From Takakia lepidozioides (taxonomy: Eukaryota > Plantae > Bryophyta), in the NCBI GenBank assembly GCA_030704615.1, contig CM060732.1, forward strand, positions 744,001 to 808,000: 64,000 bases of DNA, given 5' to 3'. The number at the start of each line of letters is the position of its first letter. Position 1 is the first letter of the stretch. Position numbers and translations under genes: made by a program. Below, piece after piece: positions 27,263-39,888 of the stretch. The notes beneath the pieces are model-generated. The model did not search any database. It was not told where the DNA came from and worked only from the letters and a program-made list of their open reading frames with translations.

Positions 27263-27634
27263 GGCCTTGAGAACTAAAGAATGTTCGAAGTACATGCTCG
27301 AGGGGATTATCAAACATGATTTGCAAGTTTCTGGTTATACCTCAATCCCACCTCAATAACTCCTCGGACCACAGATCTCTCTAGCTACACATACTTGACT
27401 TCAGAACTAGGTCCTAAGTACCACCCAATCAGGAATTCCCAATGAGATGTTTAAACCATAGTACGATGTCCGATGATTTGCATGCCAAATTTCCTGCCAG
27501 GAGCAGCAAAAAGGTGTGTAGATTCATCCGACACTACTGTAAGTACATGGAGTGTCGTCAACTTTCTTCTATGGTAAATGACATGTGAGGTAGCGTTGGT
27601 TGTGGATGCACCAAGTGATTTTGGTCAAAGCACA

Positions 27635-30420
27635 TCACGTGCTCCACACATGAGGAGAGTGGTATTGATCCAGCACAGCAGTCCGGATATGTGCATCCCA
27701 ATTACAATTGGAGGAGAACTCAACGCCCAGGTAAGTGTAGGAAGGGAGGACCGGGATCTCTTGGCTACCCCACTGCCACTTAAGATCACTTCCTCCCTCT
27801 CCTCCGTCGTTGAATGCTACCACTGCACATTTGCTGACATTAGCCTCTAGCCCCCAAAGATCAAAGTATGTCTTCGCGCAATCAATCAACTCCTGGAGAT
27901 TGGTTGGAGTCTCCCCTATGCCTGCGAAGTCATCCGCAAACATAAGGGCTAGTATGGTGGTATCACCCACCCTTAACCCAAATCCCTCACTTTCCACATC
28001 CTCGAGGAGTTGATTGATGAAAACATTGAAGAGCAGAGGGGAGAGAGTACATCCTTGAGCTACACCTTGGTCTAAGTCAAAGAAGTTGGACTTCTGTCCG
28101 TTAACAGTGACACAACTTTTGGTGTGAGCATACAAGTTGTGGACAACTCTCCACATCTTTCCCTTGATCCCACAAGACCAGAGGCGGAACCATAGGCCAT
28201 CTCTCCACACTGTGTCATAAGCCTTTTTGACATCCAGGAAAAAGACATAAGTGGGTTTCCCTTCTTTTTTCCTTCCCTGGATAATCTGGCTTAGAGTGAA
28301 GATATGATCCACACAGCCCCTGTTTTGCCGAAAGCCAGCTTGGCCTTCGTGGAAGCAACCTCTAGACTCCAGATCAACCTCGAGACGAGTACTTATAAAT
28401 ATGCAGAATGTCTTGCCAACAGCATTGAGGAGCGTGATGCCACGGTAGTTCCCCGGTTCTTCTCTGTCACCCTTCTTGTATAGATTGACAATGACCCCCT
28501 GTCGCCAGCGAAAGGGGATCATTTCAGTCTTCCAGAGAAGGTTAAAGAGGAGAAGTAGGGCCTCTATCATGGGATCGCCACCGTGCTTGATAAGCTCGTT
28601 GACAATATCATCTGGTCCACCAGCTTTACCTCCATTTAAATATTCAATTGCTTCCACAATCTCAGAAGAACTAATGGGAGCATTATAACCATTGAAATAT
28701 ACTCCAGTTCATCAGGGCTGTTTTGAATCATAGGAACAGTTTTTCCAACTGTGTCCCTCCATTCAGCAGAAGACCCCTCACTGTTAGACCTAGAAGTTCT
28801 GCCAAGGATACTGTAGTGAGTTTAAAGGTTTTGACAATGTCAACCGATGAAGTCACCACTGCACCTTTAGTAGTCTTCAACGCTTGTACTTGCTGACCGT
28901 TTTTCGGTTTGTACAAACGTTGAAGGGCCAACCAGAATATCTTGTCATTACCACCATGGTGGTTTGAGTTTATTTCACTGTATAACTTGTCCCAGTATAA
29001 TTTTTTCTGAGACCTAACAAGCTGATTGATATCTTTACGGAGCTGGTAGTACCTCGCCCACAATTCTCTGTTGGTTTCCAAATTGCAGCACTGTTTATAG
29101 AGGGCTCGTCTCTCAGCTATCTTGAGTTTAATCTCATTAGTCCACCAATTAACTGCTCTACCGCAGACAATTAGTTTCCTCCCAATGATCTTGTCAGCCA
29201 CGGAGGAAACGAAACTCTCCCAAGAGTCCACTGCTCTTTCGACTTCATTTCTTGCGTTAACAGAACGTGACTGAAGTTCTTGGAGCGATTGGACAACATG
29301 AGGGAGAGCCTCTTGCAAGGCCTGGACGTACTCAGCCTTGACCTCCTCATTGTGGAATTTTTCTATGCACCACTTCCGAATCGAACGTTTCACAGATCTC
29401 TTGGTGGTGGGAAAACACCTTTTGATCTCAGTCCAAACCAGGAAGTGGTCAGAGGTACCAATATCAGTTCTGTCGATCAACACATCGGCACACTGGGGGG
29501 ACAAAATTTTGTCCATTATGATATAGTCCACAATGGAACGTTCCCCAGTTTGGGGTTTTTCACGAGTCCACTGCACTTGGTCACCTCTTGTCATGTTATT
29601 CAAGGTCAAAAGCTGAAGCTCTTCTAGACAGTTAATTAACCGTCTGCCATTAGAATTCAGCTCGTCCTCACCAAAAGGTCCAATGATATCGTCCTGATGG
29701 ATCCCTTTGCCCACCCAGGCATTGAAGTCCCCCAATAGTACCACCTGACCTTTGGCAAGGAACGAAGCACAGTCCAGCTTCAAAACTTGTGAGGCCTTGT
29801 CTGCGTCAGCACTAAGGGTCCCCTCTGTGGGCATGTAAACACAACCAACAAAGAGGTCCAGTAGAGTACTCATGCCGCCCTTCAAATTCAGTTTTAGCCA
29901 GATACTATGCTCGTACCTCAAACCCTTGTTGATAATTTCACAATTGTCAAACAAGAAATCACGGACGAACTTCTTTGAGATTGAATTGATGCGGGACTCT
30001 ATTAGAAGCACTTTTGTCATTGCAACCTTCAACGTACCCTTGTTATCAAGTCTCGAGATGGTATTAGCCATGAAATCCAAGCCTAAGCTAGAGCATGTAG
30101 TTTTAAAGGACACATCGTCCATCCTGGGATTCACCCCAAAAACTACACATGAAGCCCTAGATTTGGCATAAGTAACCAATTCCCAGGGATCACCCTGAGG
30201 AGTGTTAATGTTGATAGGAGCTAAATTTTTGATTGTTTTTGCAGGCCATAAGTTTAAGCACAGGAACCAACCTGAGCCCACGTGCCGAGTATGCTAGACA
30301 GAGCATACGACTGCCCAATTTGGGCGGAGGGGCTGCCCCCAAGCGGTAGGAGTCCGCTTGTTACCATTCAGAGATCACACTCCAGGGAGTTGCAGGGAAT
30401 GGCCTGTGTAGGCATATTCT
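27635..30420 (-). mobile_element. LINE with APE endonuclease + RT, frameshifted and 3'-truncated
   Basis: ORF 30281-28728: GCVYMP, LLGDFNA, SIVDYI, SDHFLV (APE). ORF 28657-27635: NYRGITLL, FLDVKKAYDTV, QGCTLSPLLF, MFADD, YTYLG (RT). Confidence 0.92.
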
Positions 30421-30633
30421 AAAGAGGGAAAGGCCCCAAGCTTTCCAACTAAATCCAATGCACTACCTTACCTAAAGCAAAGTGCTTAAGGTCGAAACAA
30501 ACAAGGACACGAGGTCACAAGGCCAGCATTTAGTCACAGAGACATTAATGTACTCCCGTTTCAAGTCCACCCAATGTCAATAGGCTTCCTAGAGGACAGG
30601 GAGAAACACGAGAGAGAGAGAGAGAGAGAGAGA

Positions 30634-31045
30634 GAAATGAAATGAAATGAAATGGACTTTATAACGTCCGCAGAAAACTCAAAGAGCTTATGGGAGAAAA
30701 TGGAAAAAAACATGAGAGAGGAAACAAAACCAGAGCCAAAAAACAGCCCAAAAGCAACTACTGCTCAAGGGATTGTCTAAGGGTCAAGGCCTCGTGCAGG
30801 TAAGCTGCCAAGCATTTGTGATCCTCATAGTGGAAGACTTCAGTGAGAGATTGAGTTCCGCGGAATAGACAGTGGAATCTCCCACGGATCTTGTAATACA
30901 GAGGGCAATAGAAGAAGTGTTCTTCAGTTTCAATTTCCTGGTTACGCCCCGTGCAAGCTGGGCATAGGCGGTCCTCCCGTTGCAGGTTTAGGGAGAGAGA
31001 AAATGACCTGAAATGGTACTTTATAACGTCCGCGGAGGCTCAGAG
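30634..31045 (-). mobile_element. LINE 3' fragments (9541 family) inserted in a (GA)n tract
   Basis: (GAAAT)n tail and near-identity to 9545-9905. A second tail remnant lies at ~31000-31035. (GA)n on both sides. Confidence 0.85.
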
Positions 31046-31674
31046 TTGAGAGAGAGAGAGAGATGAGAGCCTCTTCCACTCCAAGCTTTCGGAAATAATG
31101 AACAACCTAACTATGTGGCGTCAATTTGTCCACTTTTGATTTTCCTTTGTTGAGGATGGGTGCTACGATTGTTCTGATTGTGGTGAGGTGCAAAGAGCGA
31201 AGAGAAGAAAGAATAGCACTATCTGGGAGTTTGAGGTTCTTCTTCAGGGTCTTTAGGGTCTGGTTGTTTGTTTCTCCCTTGGCACCTAAGGTGATATTAG
31301 TTGTCCTCCGCATACATATCCACCACACCAGAAAGAGAAGAAAGCTCTTTGAACTTACTTGAAGCATCTTGTATTTCCGAGGGTGCAGCATCCTTCATAC
31401 TCAGGATGGACATGGTTGCCTTACCAAATGTGTCAGCTCTGCTGCTGCCTCTTCCTTGGCCTCTTCCTGTCCACCCAACCATGACACGTACCATGAAAAA
31501 CTCACTTGACATTTCTATCCCACTCTTCTTATTGAGTAAACCAGAAACAATAGACAATCATGTAGCCAAGTGCTATGCAATGAACAGCTGTAGATTCTAA
31601 CAAGCGAGGACTGGGATAAAAACAGAGATAAGAATGCGTACGTTGCCAATTTATCTTGAGTTTCTTTGGCTATC

Positions 31675-31940
31675 ATGCGTTATACCTCTGTAGGTATACT
31701 AAACAGGGCAACTACCTCATAACAATACCTCAACCTGCATAGAGGCTGATTTGACCAAGTTTCTTTGTAAGTCAGGCGCTATACCTCTGGTGGTATACTA
31801 AACAGGGCTACTGTCTCATGACGATACCTCCGCATAAATATAGATTAATTTGGCCAACTTTTCTTGTAAAATGAAATACTATACCTCTGTAGATATATCA
31901 AACAGGGCTACAACCTAATGACGATACCTCTACTAGTATA
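31675..31940 (-). repeat. Inverted copy of the 22540-22945 tandem repeat
   Basis: tatacctctg...aaacagggctac...gacgatacctc units are reverse complements of the 22.5-kb units. Confidence 0.8.
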
Positions 31941-33083
31941 TATCTCTCTCTCATCTCTCTCCTTTAGGCTACGCGACTCATCTCGTGACTTAGGCCTTAC
32001 GACAAGCAAAGGATGGACGGGCAGCAGAAATAGACGGGCAACATGTATATTCAGCTTATACTCTCGTATGTATATGTGTATATGATGCATATACATATAC
32101 ATATATATGATAATATATTATATATTATATACAAAAATAAGTTAAAAATTATAGATTACAATTCAATTGAATTGCCAACTAGCGATTCAATTGAATTGCG
32201 ATTTGGCAATTCAATTGAATTGCGAGTTGACAATTCAATTTAATTGTTGACTGCAATTCAATTGAATTACGAGTTGACAATTCAATTGAATTGCAAATTA
32301 GGGTTAGTTCAATTGAATTGCCCTTGCAATTCAATTGAATTGCGCACTGATCAAGTGAATTGCGAAGCATTTCACATCAAGGCCTTTTTGGAATTCCCTA
32401 CGCAGGATGTACATATGAGGATGCTGAGTTGTCTGTAATGGAAGAAGCTGGAGGGCAGCATATGCATGATGTGTCTTTTTTCTTTCACAAAATGTTTTTT
32501 CATAGAAGTGGCGAACTTAGGAAAACACAAGCGAGGCGCCAAAGGGTGAAGGGTCAACCGGATTGACTGACTGACAAGGCAGTAGATTCGGAAGGTCCGA
32601 GGGAAGTTTCGGTCCTCAGCAGCGTACACGGAGGGTGCTGAGTGGTCGCCAAGCTCAACAGTCTCACTACTTAGCTCATTCGATAGTGTGGGTTTGGGAG
32701 AGGTAGCTGGAAGAGCATTTGCGCTGCTTTTGACGAAAGCTTTAAAGGTATGTCTCTCCTTCATGCACGCAGGCGCGATCGCTGTCAGTCTGAAGCTCGA
32801 GCAGTGCTTCTCTTAGTTCTTCACCGGCCATTGATGTGCCAATCTTAGCTCAGAGTCAATTGAGATCTGCTGTTTGGTCCTTATCCGCCCACTAAGATCG
32901 TGCAGGGGTATACTCATCTAGTGACGCAGGTCTCTTTTCAGCCTCTGCATTTTCTATATTCTAGAAGAAGCTTCTTTGGCAACTTTGGATAAGATTGGAA
33001 CGGAATGGATTGGTTCAGTGAAAACGTGCCAAACGGTGATGAGTACAGTTGTGGAACGTAGGTGTCCCGATAACTAAGCAACC

Positions 33084-35046
33084 ATGGTGATGAAGTTGTA
33101 CGGCATGGACACCGCCAACGTTAAGCGGGCGGTGCTTGCACTCTACGAGAAAGAGGTAAACTCTTAGACGAAACCTATTGTTTGCATCGTAATTAAGTTC
33201 CTGCACTTTTCAACTGGTGCCAGTGTCATAGAGACCAATGCAACTGTTGTGCTGAAGTTTTGTGATAACAGTGAGACGGATGTGCCTGGACAAATCTGAT
33301 ATTGCAAATGTTGGAAAAGAGGGAGTCCACCGCCTCTCCACCGCGGGAGCTTGTGTAAATCATAGTGGCTCCTCCAACTGTTAGAATGTGGTGACAGTAG
33401 TAACTAGCCATTGGAGAGAGTGAACTCGGCACCTGAGGCTGTTGGGGGACGTTGTTTTTTGTGGGAAAATTTCAGCAGCCATTAGATATGTACACCTTAG
33501 GCATTATCGTGTGTTTTGAATGGTGTTGAAGGTGGACGACTTTCAATTCGTGAAGGTGAACTTGCTAGCGGGAGAAAACCGGAAGCCTTCTTCCTCGCCG
33601 TGCAAGTAAGTTTCTCTGCAATGTATGTGTATCCTCAGAGAGAGATGCAATTTGGAAAAAATGTGTACTCATTGGTGGACATGGTTTGCGGAGAATACCA
33701 TCCATCCTGGTGTTGGTTGGGGCAGCAGTCCACCTGGGTACATGACATGGACCTGGATACGTTTATATCGCTCACTCAAGAGCCACCTGCCATCATCTCA
33801 TTTAAGGGAACCAAGTGTGGTTCTAAGATCACATTGTACTGAAATTCATGCTAATGATTCCATGACTGCCAAGTGTGTCCCTCTACCAAACAAGAGATGT
33901 GACCCATTGTCGTGTCTTGAAAGGTCAGTGCATAGATTGCGAAAGGGGGACAGAAAGGATCTTTGTTCACGATGGTTTTAGACAGAAGTGGTCTCATGGA
34001 AAGTTCTCTGCCAAGAGAAAGAGAGAGAACCGGGCAGAGATGTCGAGCATTGTTCTATCTTGGTGTTCACAAAAGCCTCTTTCGCTCTATGCTCGTTGTG
34101 GGTGGATGTACACATGTCACATAATTGTGCCCCTTGAGCAAGAGATACACAAATTATCTGCCAAACCAAACTACGGAGCTTTGTGGTGATAGACCTGACA
34201 CCCAGTGCTTTAGACAGCAGAGGGATAAATCGCTCCAGGGATAATACCTGCTGGTGCAAATATTCATTGGCGGTGAAGGAAATGACGGTTTTGTCGCTGA
34301 GGAAAGTAGTGTACGGCATGATGAATTGAGAGTCTTGAACCATCACGGATGCTTTGTTTCCAATTTGACTTTCATTTGAGGGATTAACAAGCTATGTGGA
34401 TGGGGTGGCAGCCATTTTGAAAGGTCCCGTGTCTGGAAGACTGCGACTTCCAGATCTTTGGTAAGCTCTCAAGTGAACCCTGGCACTATTGTTGATCTCT
34501 ATGACCCTCCTGATAGTTACAATCAGAATGTACATTACACTCAGGTGTTGTCTGTAAGTGTATGTTTGAGCTTATCTGGATTATGGGTCCGTTTCGCAGA
34601 GTCTCGAGCTATAGCGAAGTATATCCTCGAAAAGTACAAGGGTCAAGGCACACCTGATCTGTTTGGGAAAACTCTGCAAGAGCAAGCCATTGTCAATCAA
34701 TGGGTGGAAGTGGAGGGCCAGAACTTCAGTCCTCCATCTGGAGCTATCATGACAGAGTATTTCATGTCCAACGTGATGAAGAGACCTCTCGACAAAGAGC
34801 TAATTACCTCTGCAACTGCGAAGCTGGAGAAGGTTTTGGATGTCTATGAAGCTCACTTGTCAAAGAACAAGTACCTTGCGGGTGACCATTATACCCCTTG
34901 CGGATCTCCTTCATGTCCCTGCTCTTGACAAAATAATGCAAGGGGAATGCATTGCATCTCGGAAGCATGTGGATGCATGGTGTAAAGACATTACGGCGCG
35001 CCCTGCATGGAAGAAAACGTCGGAGTCTGGTTCAATGTGGGCATAG
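33084..35046 (+). pseudogene. GSTF: Phi-class glutathione S-transferase pseudogene
   Basis: Exon 33084-33155 (MVMKLYGMDTANVKRAVLALYEKE). Exon 33532-33605 (74 bp, 1-bp short). Exon 34412-34460 (PF*KVPCLED, TGA in place of Gly). Exon 34600-35046 (ESRAIAKYI...QWVEVEGQNF...KVLDVYEAHLSKNKYLAGD, frameshift near 34895, LADLLH...RKHVDAW..I..RPAWKK). Confidence 0.9.
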
Positions 35047-35611
35047 TCTTTTTCTCACTCTGCTAATTTAAATAAGCTGGTGTTTTGGGACGAATTCTTG
35101 TCTCAGCTCATGCCCTCCGTGTATGTTCACGGTATGCAAGGCGGCTTTTGGAAGTGTGTAGTTTGATTGGAGTAGGAGATTGGGCCTGCCAGACATCCTG
35201 TGCCTGCCTCACCATGTGGGACAAGAATCCTTGTCCCAGCCTAGCTAGCACCCCCAGATCTTCATGGTATGCAAGGCTGCTTCTAAAAGTGTTTAGTTTG
35301 ATTGGTCATTGAAGGGATTGGGCATGCTAGATAGCGCCTGTGACTACCTTTGTACGATATCATGTAATGACAAAACCAACCCTTGAAAAGTATTGTTGGT
35401 ACTGAGTTTTGTACATGGATGGTGGGGAAGAGGCAAAATGGTCAGCTCTCTCTCTATCGTGTTGTTTCATGGTGCTTCTCTGAGCATCCCCTTGGGCCCA
35501 AGAAATCTTCTCCCTCTCTCCTGTGTTAGTCTTCTGTGTGGCATAGGCTGTCTTTGCCCCTTCTCTTTGTGCACATACAAACGTTTATCTCTACCATAGT
35601 TTAACGCATGG

Positions 35612-37300
35612 TATTGGATTTTAGTCAGAATCTTACAGTGAAGTTAACCTGATCTGTTAACACATCTTAGTTAACATTTTCTTGCTATTAGTTACAGACA
35701 GGTTAGAGTTTGAATTTGCCCGCCAAAAGGTGCGGCTCTAGTTTACAGCTAAGTGTTCTTGACTCTTTGATGGCCGGTGTAGTTGACTATCATAACCTGT
35801 GCTCGCTGCTATGAGAGATATGGTTGATCACATTACTAAGAGATATAAGCTTCGTGAGATGGGCAGAACACATTGCATATGTGTATGTAAAAGCAAAGTT
35901 TGCTGCTGACTGTTTAAGTGATTTAGACCAGATATTCATGAGCAAGTCAGATCAGGTTGTTTAACGAGATCAGGAAATTCAATAGGTTATGGGCCCACGC
36001 CACCTCTAACGCTGCGTCACAATGAGTATCAAGAGTGATATGAGAGAATTGGCTAATTTAGAGAGGTTCAATGGACAAAATTTTCAGCTCTGGAAGTTTC
36101 AAATGGTTATAATCTTCAAAGCCAAGAAGGTATTTAACAATTGTCAATGGGATCGAGAAGAGAGAGTGTAGATGATCCAAAAGCGTGGGATGAGAGAGAT
36201 AGTGTGGCTACCATGTATCTGGTTTCTTCAGTTGACAAGAAGTATTTGCAGCAGTTGCTTAACTGCAAAACAGCAGCTCAAATGTGGTCTAGATTGATCA
36301 CTTTGCATGAACAGAGCGCAAGTGAGAATATTACATGTTACAGCAAAGGTTTTTCGAGTATAAGATGAAGGAAGGAGATGATATAGCAAGTCACGTGAGT
36401 GCTATAGAATCAATGGCTAGCCAGTTGAACGATCTTGGTGAAACAACATCAGAGAGAGCAGTGATGACCAAAATTATTTGTAGCCTTCCACCTAGCTATC
36501 GCTACTTGATATCTGCTTGGGATAGTGTCCCAAAGGATCAACAGACGGTTGAAATACTCACGGCCAGGTTACTGAAGGAAGAGTGTCTTAACATAGAGAG
36601 AGGATGTGTCGATGAGCAAGTTGATCAGGTGTTTTTTGCTAACAGAGCAGGAAGTTACTTTCAAGGATGATCATACAGGATACCGAGTTATCTATTGCAT
36701 CAAAAGAAAATCAGAAGTGTTTTCTTGTTTTCAAAAAATGTTGAGCCAAATGAAGAGAGACACTGGACATGGTATCATGACATTAAGAACCGACTGAGGA
36801 GGTGAATACCTAAGTAAAGAGTTCTCGGATTTCTTACAGAAGGAAGGGATACGTCATGAAACTACTGCTCCGTATACGCCAGAACAGAACGGCGTCTCTG
36901 AAAGGGATAATCGAACTATCATGGAAAGCGCAAGAAGCATGATCCATAGTGGTTTAGGTTTGGATTTTTGGGCAGAAGCAGTGTACACTGCAGTGTACAT
37001 TTTAAATAGAAGTGGCACCCACATGCTACAAGGGAAAACCCCTATCGAGGCCTGGACGGGACAAAAACCCTCAGTAGCTCACCTGCGAGTGTTTGGTTGT
37101 CCTGCTTATGCTCACATTCCCAAAGAGTTGCGCAGTTAGTTAGACCCTAAGAGCAGAAGGTGTGTTCTCACTGGCTACTATGATGAGAGCAAGGCATATC
37201 GCTTATGGGATGAGGAGAACCAAAAGATGGTTATCAATAGGGATGTTTTGTTCGATGAAGCGTTGGTTTATAAGAAATCGCTTGATAAGAATGTCATTAA
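35612..37300 (+). mobile_element. Truncated Ty1/copia element: 5' LTR, PBS, gag, integrase
   Basis: Candidate LTR 35612-35984 (TATTG...CAATA; left boundary uncertain). PBS GGTTATGGGCCCA from 35985. gag from 36022 (ERFNGQNFQLWKFQM, UBN2-like). Fused at ~36660 to integrase (DDHTGYR...RTD*GGEY...PYTPEQNGVSERDNRT...FWAEAV...LRVFGC). No RT/RNaseH or 3' LTR seen. Confidence 0.88.
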
Positions 37301-38371
37301 ATGCGGAATTACTTGTCACACAAATGTGTAGACACGAGAACCAATGTATGGTCAGAGAGCGCCCAAATGCGGAGTGGTGGATGTCAGCCCAAATATCGTG
37401 TCGAAGTCAATGACCAACCGTTTTTCCATATCTGCCCCACCGATGTCTAGGACTTACAAAGCCCCAACCAAAATATTCAATCACATAGCCGCCACTTGGT
37501 TGTTGTGTCAGAGAGGGCAGATGAAGTGCCCATTCTCATTCAATGTTTAACGGCAACTGAACAACTGTACAACTGTACAAACTGAACAACCCTTTGGAAC
37601 ACCCCAAAAGTGGATACCCCCGAATAAAATTTCTGGATGAGAGGTGGACCTGGACGAATTTTGGTGGTTGAGAAGTAAATGTTTTCCGACGATATTCTTA
37701 ACGGTAGAGTCCACACGTGTCCTCCATGCATGTGGACCACACATGTGGCGATGCGGACGTTTCCAGCGATCATCTTAGCGCGGATGGGCCGGCGGTGAAC
37801 CTCCCGCAGTGCCATTTTTTCCTCCTTCTTCTTCTGCTCACTGCAACCCTGGATCTTGCCGAGACGGTCACGCCATCCCGTGGGAGAAGAAGGCGCCGTC
37901 GAACGCTCTATTTTACATCAACCAAGCAGAGGGCGCGCTAAGGAGAGGATGAAGAAGGCGAGATGGGAACTGCGAATGGGCGAGGAAACAAATGATGGAG
38001 ACGAAGACAAAGGGCTGCACCCGAATCTTCTACGACAGTTTAGGGAGGAAGGCCTTGAAGCAATGCCGGAGGCGACCGAAGAACAACCAGCAATAGAGGG
38101 AGGGGACGACGAGGAAGACAGCTGGGCTCGAGAAGAAGTGCAGCAAGAGGAGAACCAAGGCATGGAAGAGCAGGGAGGGATGAGGGCGCAGACCCAATTT
38201 TGTTTGCTGCCGTTTCCTACCACCCGGATCTGGTTGGAAGCCTCCAGACCCCATGGAAAAGACGAACGTTGCTGAAGCATCATCAAGTGCTGCGAAGAAG
38301 AAGCCAGAGGTTCTACTCACTGCTCATTTGCCTTTTGTTTTTCCTGTAAGTTCAATGCGAAACTGAGAGCT

Positions 38372-38806
38372 CGAAATCAACCTTGCGTCAACGCGAGGTT
38401 GATTTTTACCTCACTGGAATGAACAGAAGAGGTCATGTAGGTCAGCTAGCCAGAGATTTGAAGCACAGCACGATCAGCAGAGAACCGAAAACAAGGTTGC
38501 GTCAACGCAAGCTACATATGTGAACCTCCAAGGTGTCTATTATGCATATGAAACCAAACGTATGCAGCCCTCGAATCAACCTTACATTGAAGTGAGGTTG
38601 ATTTGGGTACCTGTTATGTGCATTCGTAGCATTTGAAATCTAGTTTAATGAAGTGCAAGGTATGGGAAGAAGATTGCTTGAAGCCCCCAAAACAACCTTG
38701 CGTCAACGCAAGGTAGATTTGGGGTTCGCCAGAGGGTTGCTTGATGCATTTCAGACTATGATGCAGCCCCATCAATCAACCTTGCGTCAATGCAAGGTTG
38801 ATTTGT
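38372..38806. repeat. Five dispersed ~30-bp imperfect palindromes
   Basis: AAATCAACCTTGCGTCAACGCGAGGTTGATTT at ~38374, with variants at ~38490, 38574, 38690, 38775. Confidence 0.8.
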
Positions 38807-39039
38807 GGGAGCTTGATCTGTCTGTTTGGGCAGCGGTTCACTCACAGGGATATTGATTCCATGTAGAGGAAAAGAAAAAGGAAAGCCGCGGGTAGAGATG
38901 GGGCTGTGGCAGAAGGTGGAGCTGAGGAAGAAGCATTTGACGAACACTATGAAGACAAGGTCCCAACCACCCAAGCTGCCGTCCATCCCACTGCCACTTT
39001 GACTTGCTCATTCTTGTCTATTGCTCATCGTCGAGCTTC

Positions 39040-39300
39040 ACCCCTTCCCCCATCATTGCTTTCAGGTCTCCAAAGCCCCATCCCGCGCTCCTGCTCTGCA
39101 CACCCTGCAAGCATCGCGTTCCACGACACCACTTCTCGTTCAGCCAGTGTTGAACACTCCCTTGGCATCCTCAATGCACCCACATTTGGCATACATGTCC
39201 ACCAGGGCAAGGTTCAGAATGACATCTGGTACAAATCCAGCTTGACGATGTCACCATGGACCTCTTTCCCCTTTTCCAGAGCTCCCAGCCTTGCACACGC
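39040..39300 (-). pseudogene. PLS-class PPR gene fragment
   Basis: DVILNLALVDMYAKCGCIEDAK..F / EREVVSWNAMLAGCAEQ, frameshifted. Confidence 0.75.
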
Positions 39301-39888
39301 ATTGCAAACACAAACAAACGTGATGTGGTTGGGCTTCACCCTTCGCACAACAGTTGCTCACCAGACTGATTTAATGTAAACTCAGGGTAGGGATCCTAGC
39401 TTTGAATAGCAAACAGAAGTAGAGAGGAAAGGGAGAGTAATTGCACCCAACTCAACTAATCACACTAGTGCTACAGGAGTCGGCGTCCAAAACGAAGGCA
39501 GAACTGTCTATGAAGACACTAGCCCTGCTTTGCACAAAACCCTCTTTGTTTAAAAGCAAACCAGGGGGAGAAGAGAGGAGACTAAATGCTGAAGCTGCAG
39601 CCTCCGCATAACATGGCAATTTAAAATCTGCTTTCGGACTTGGGAAAAATTGCGGGTTTGCAAATAAAGGGAGGAACCGTGGCGACCTTGGGCTCATGTA
39701 TACACAAATAAACTATGTAAGTCCACATACATTCAGCTGGCCCAACTTGTGCAGGAAAGATGGAAATGGAAGGATGCGCCGTCGTGTCAGTGAATTGCCA
39801 CAACTGAACTAGCACTTATTCACATGAGAAATCGGAATCAACATCCAAAGCATCGGGCTCTTACAGATCCGGCTCCACAACAATGTTC

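Larger units (their letters stand above)
18972..32400. mobile_element. 13.4-kb segment bounded by ~450-bp inverted repeats of the same family (element B; single element or two inverted copies)
   Basis: 18972-~19415 is the reverse complement of ~31941-32400 (TAGGGAATTCC...GGAATTCCCTA). It contains the transposase gene and a copy (25208-25540) of element A's interior (18200-18525). Only CG flanks both ends, with no long TSD, so unity of the element is uncertain. Confidence 0.6.

Noticed and set aside
31297-31557. Possible MADS-box fragment (SKFKELSSLSGV)
   Set aside because: Only a short resemblance; the R..TF.KR..GL core is absent.
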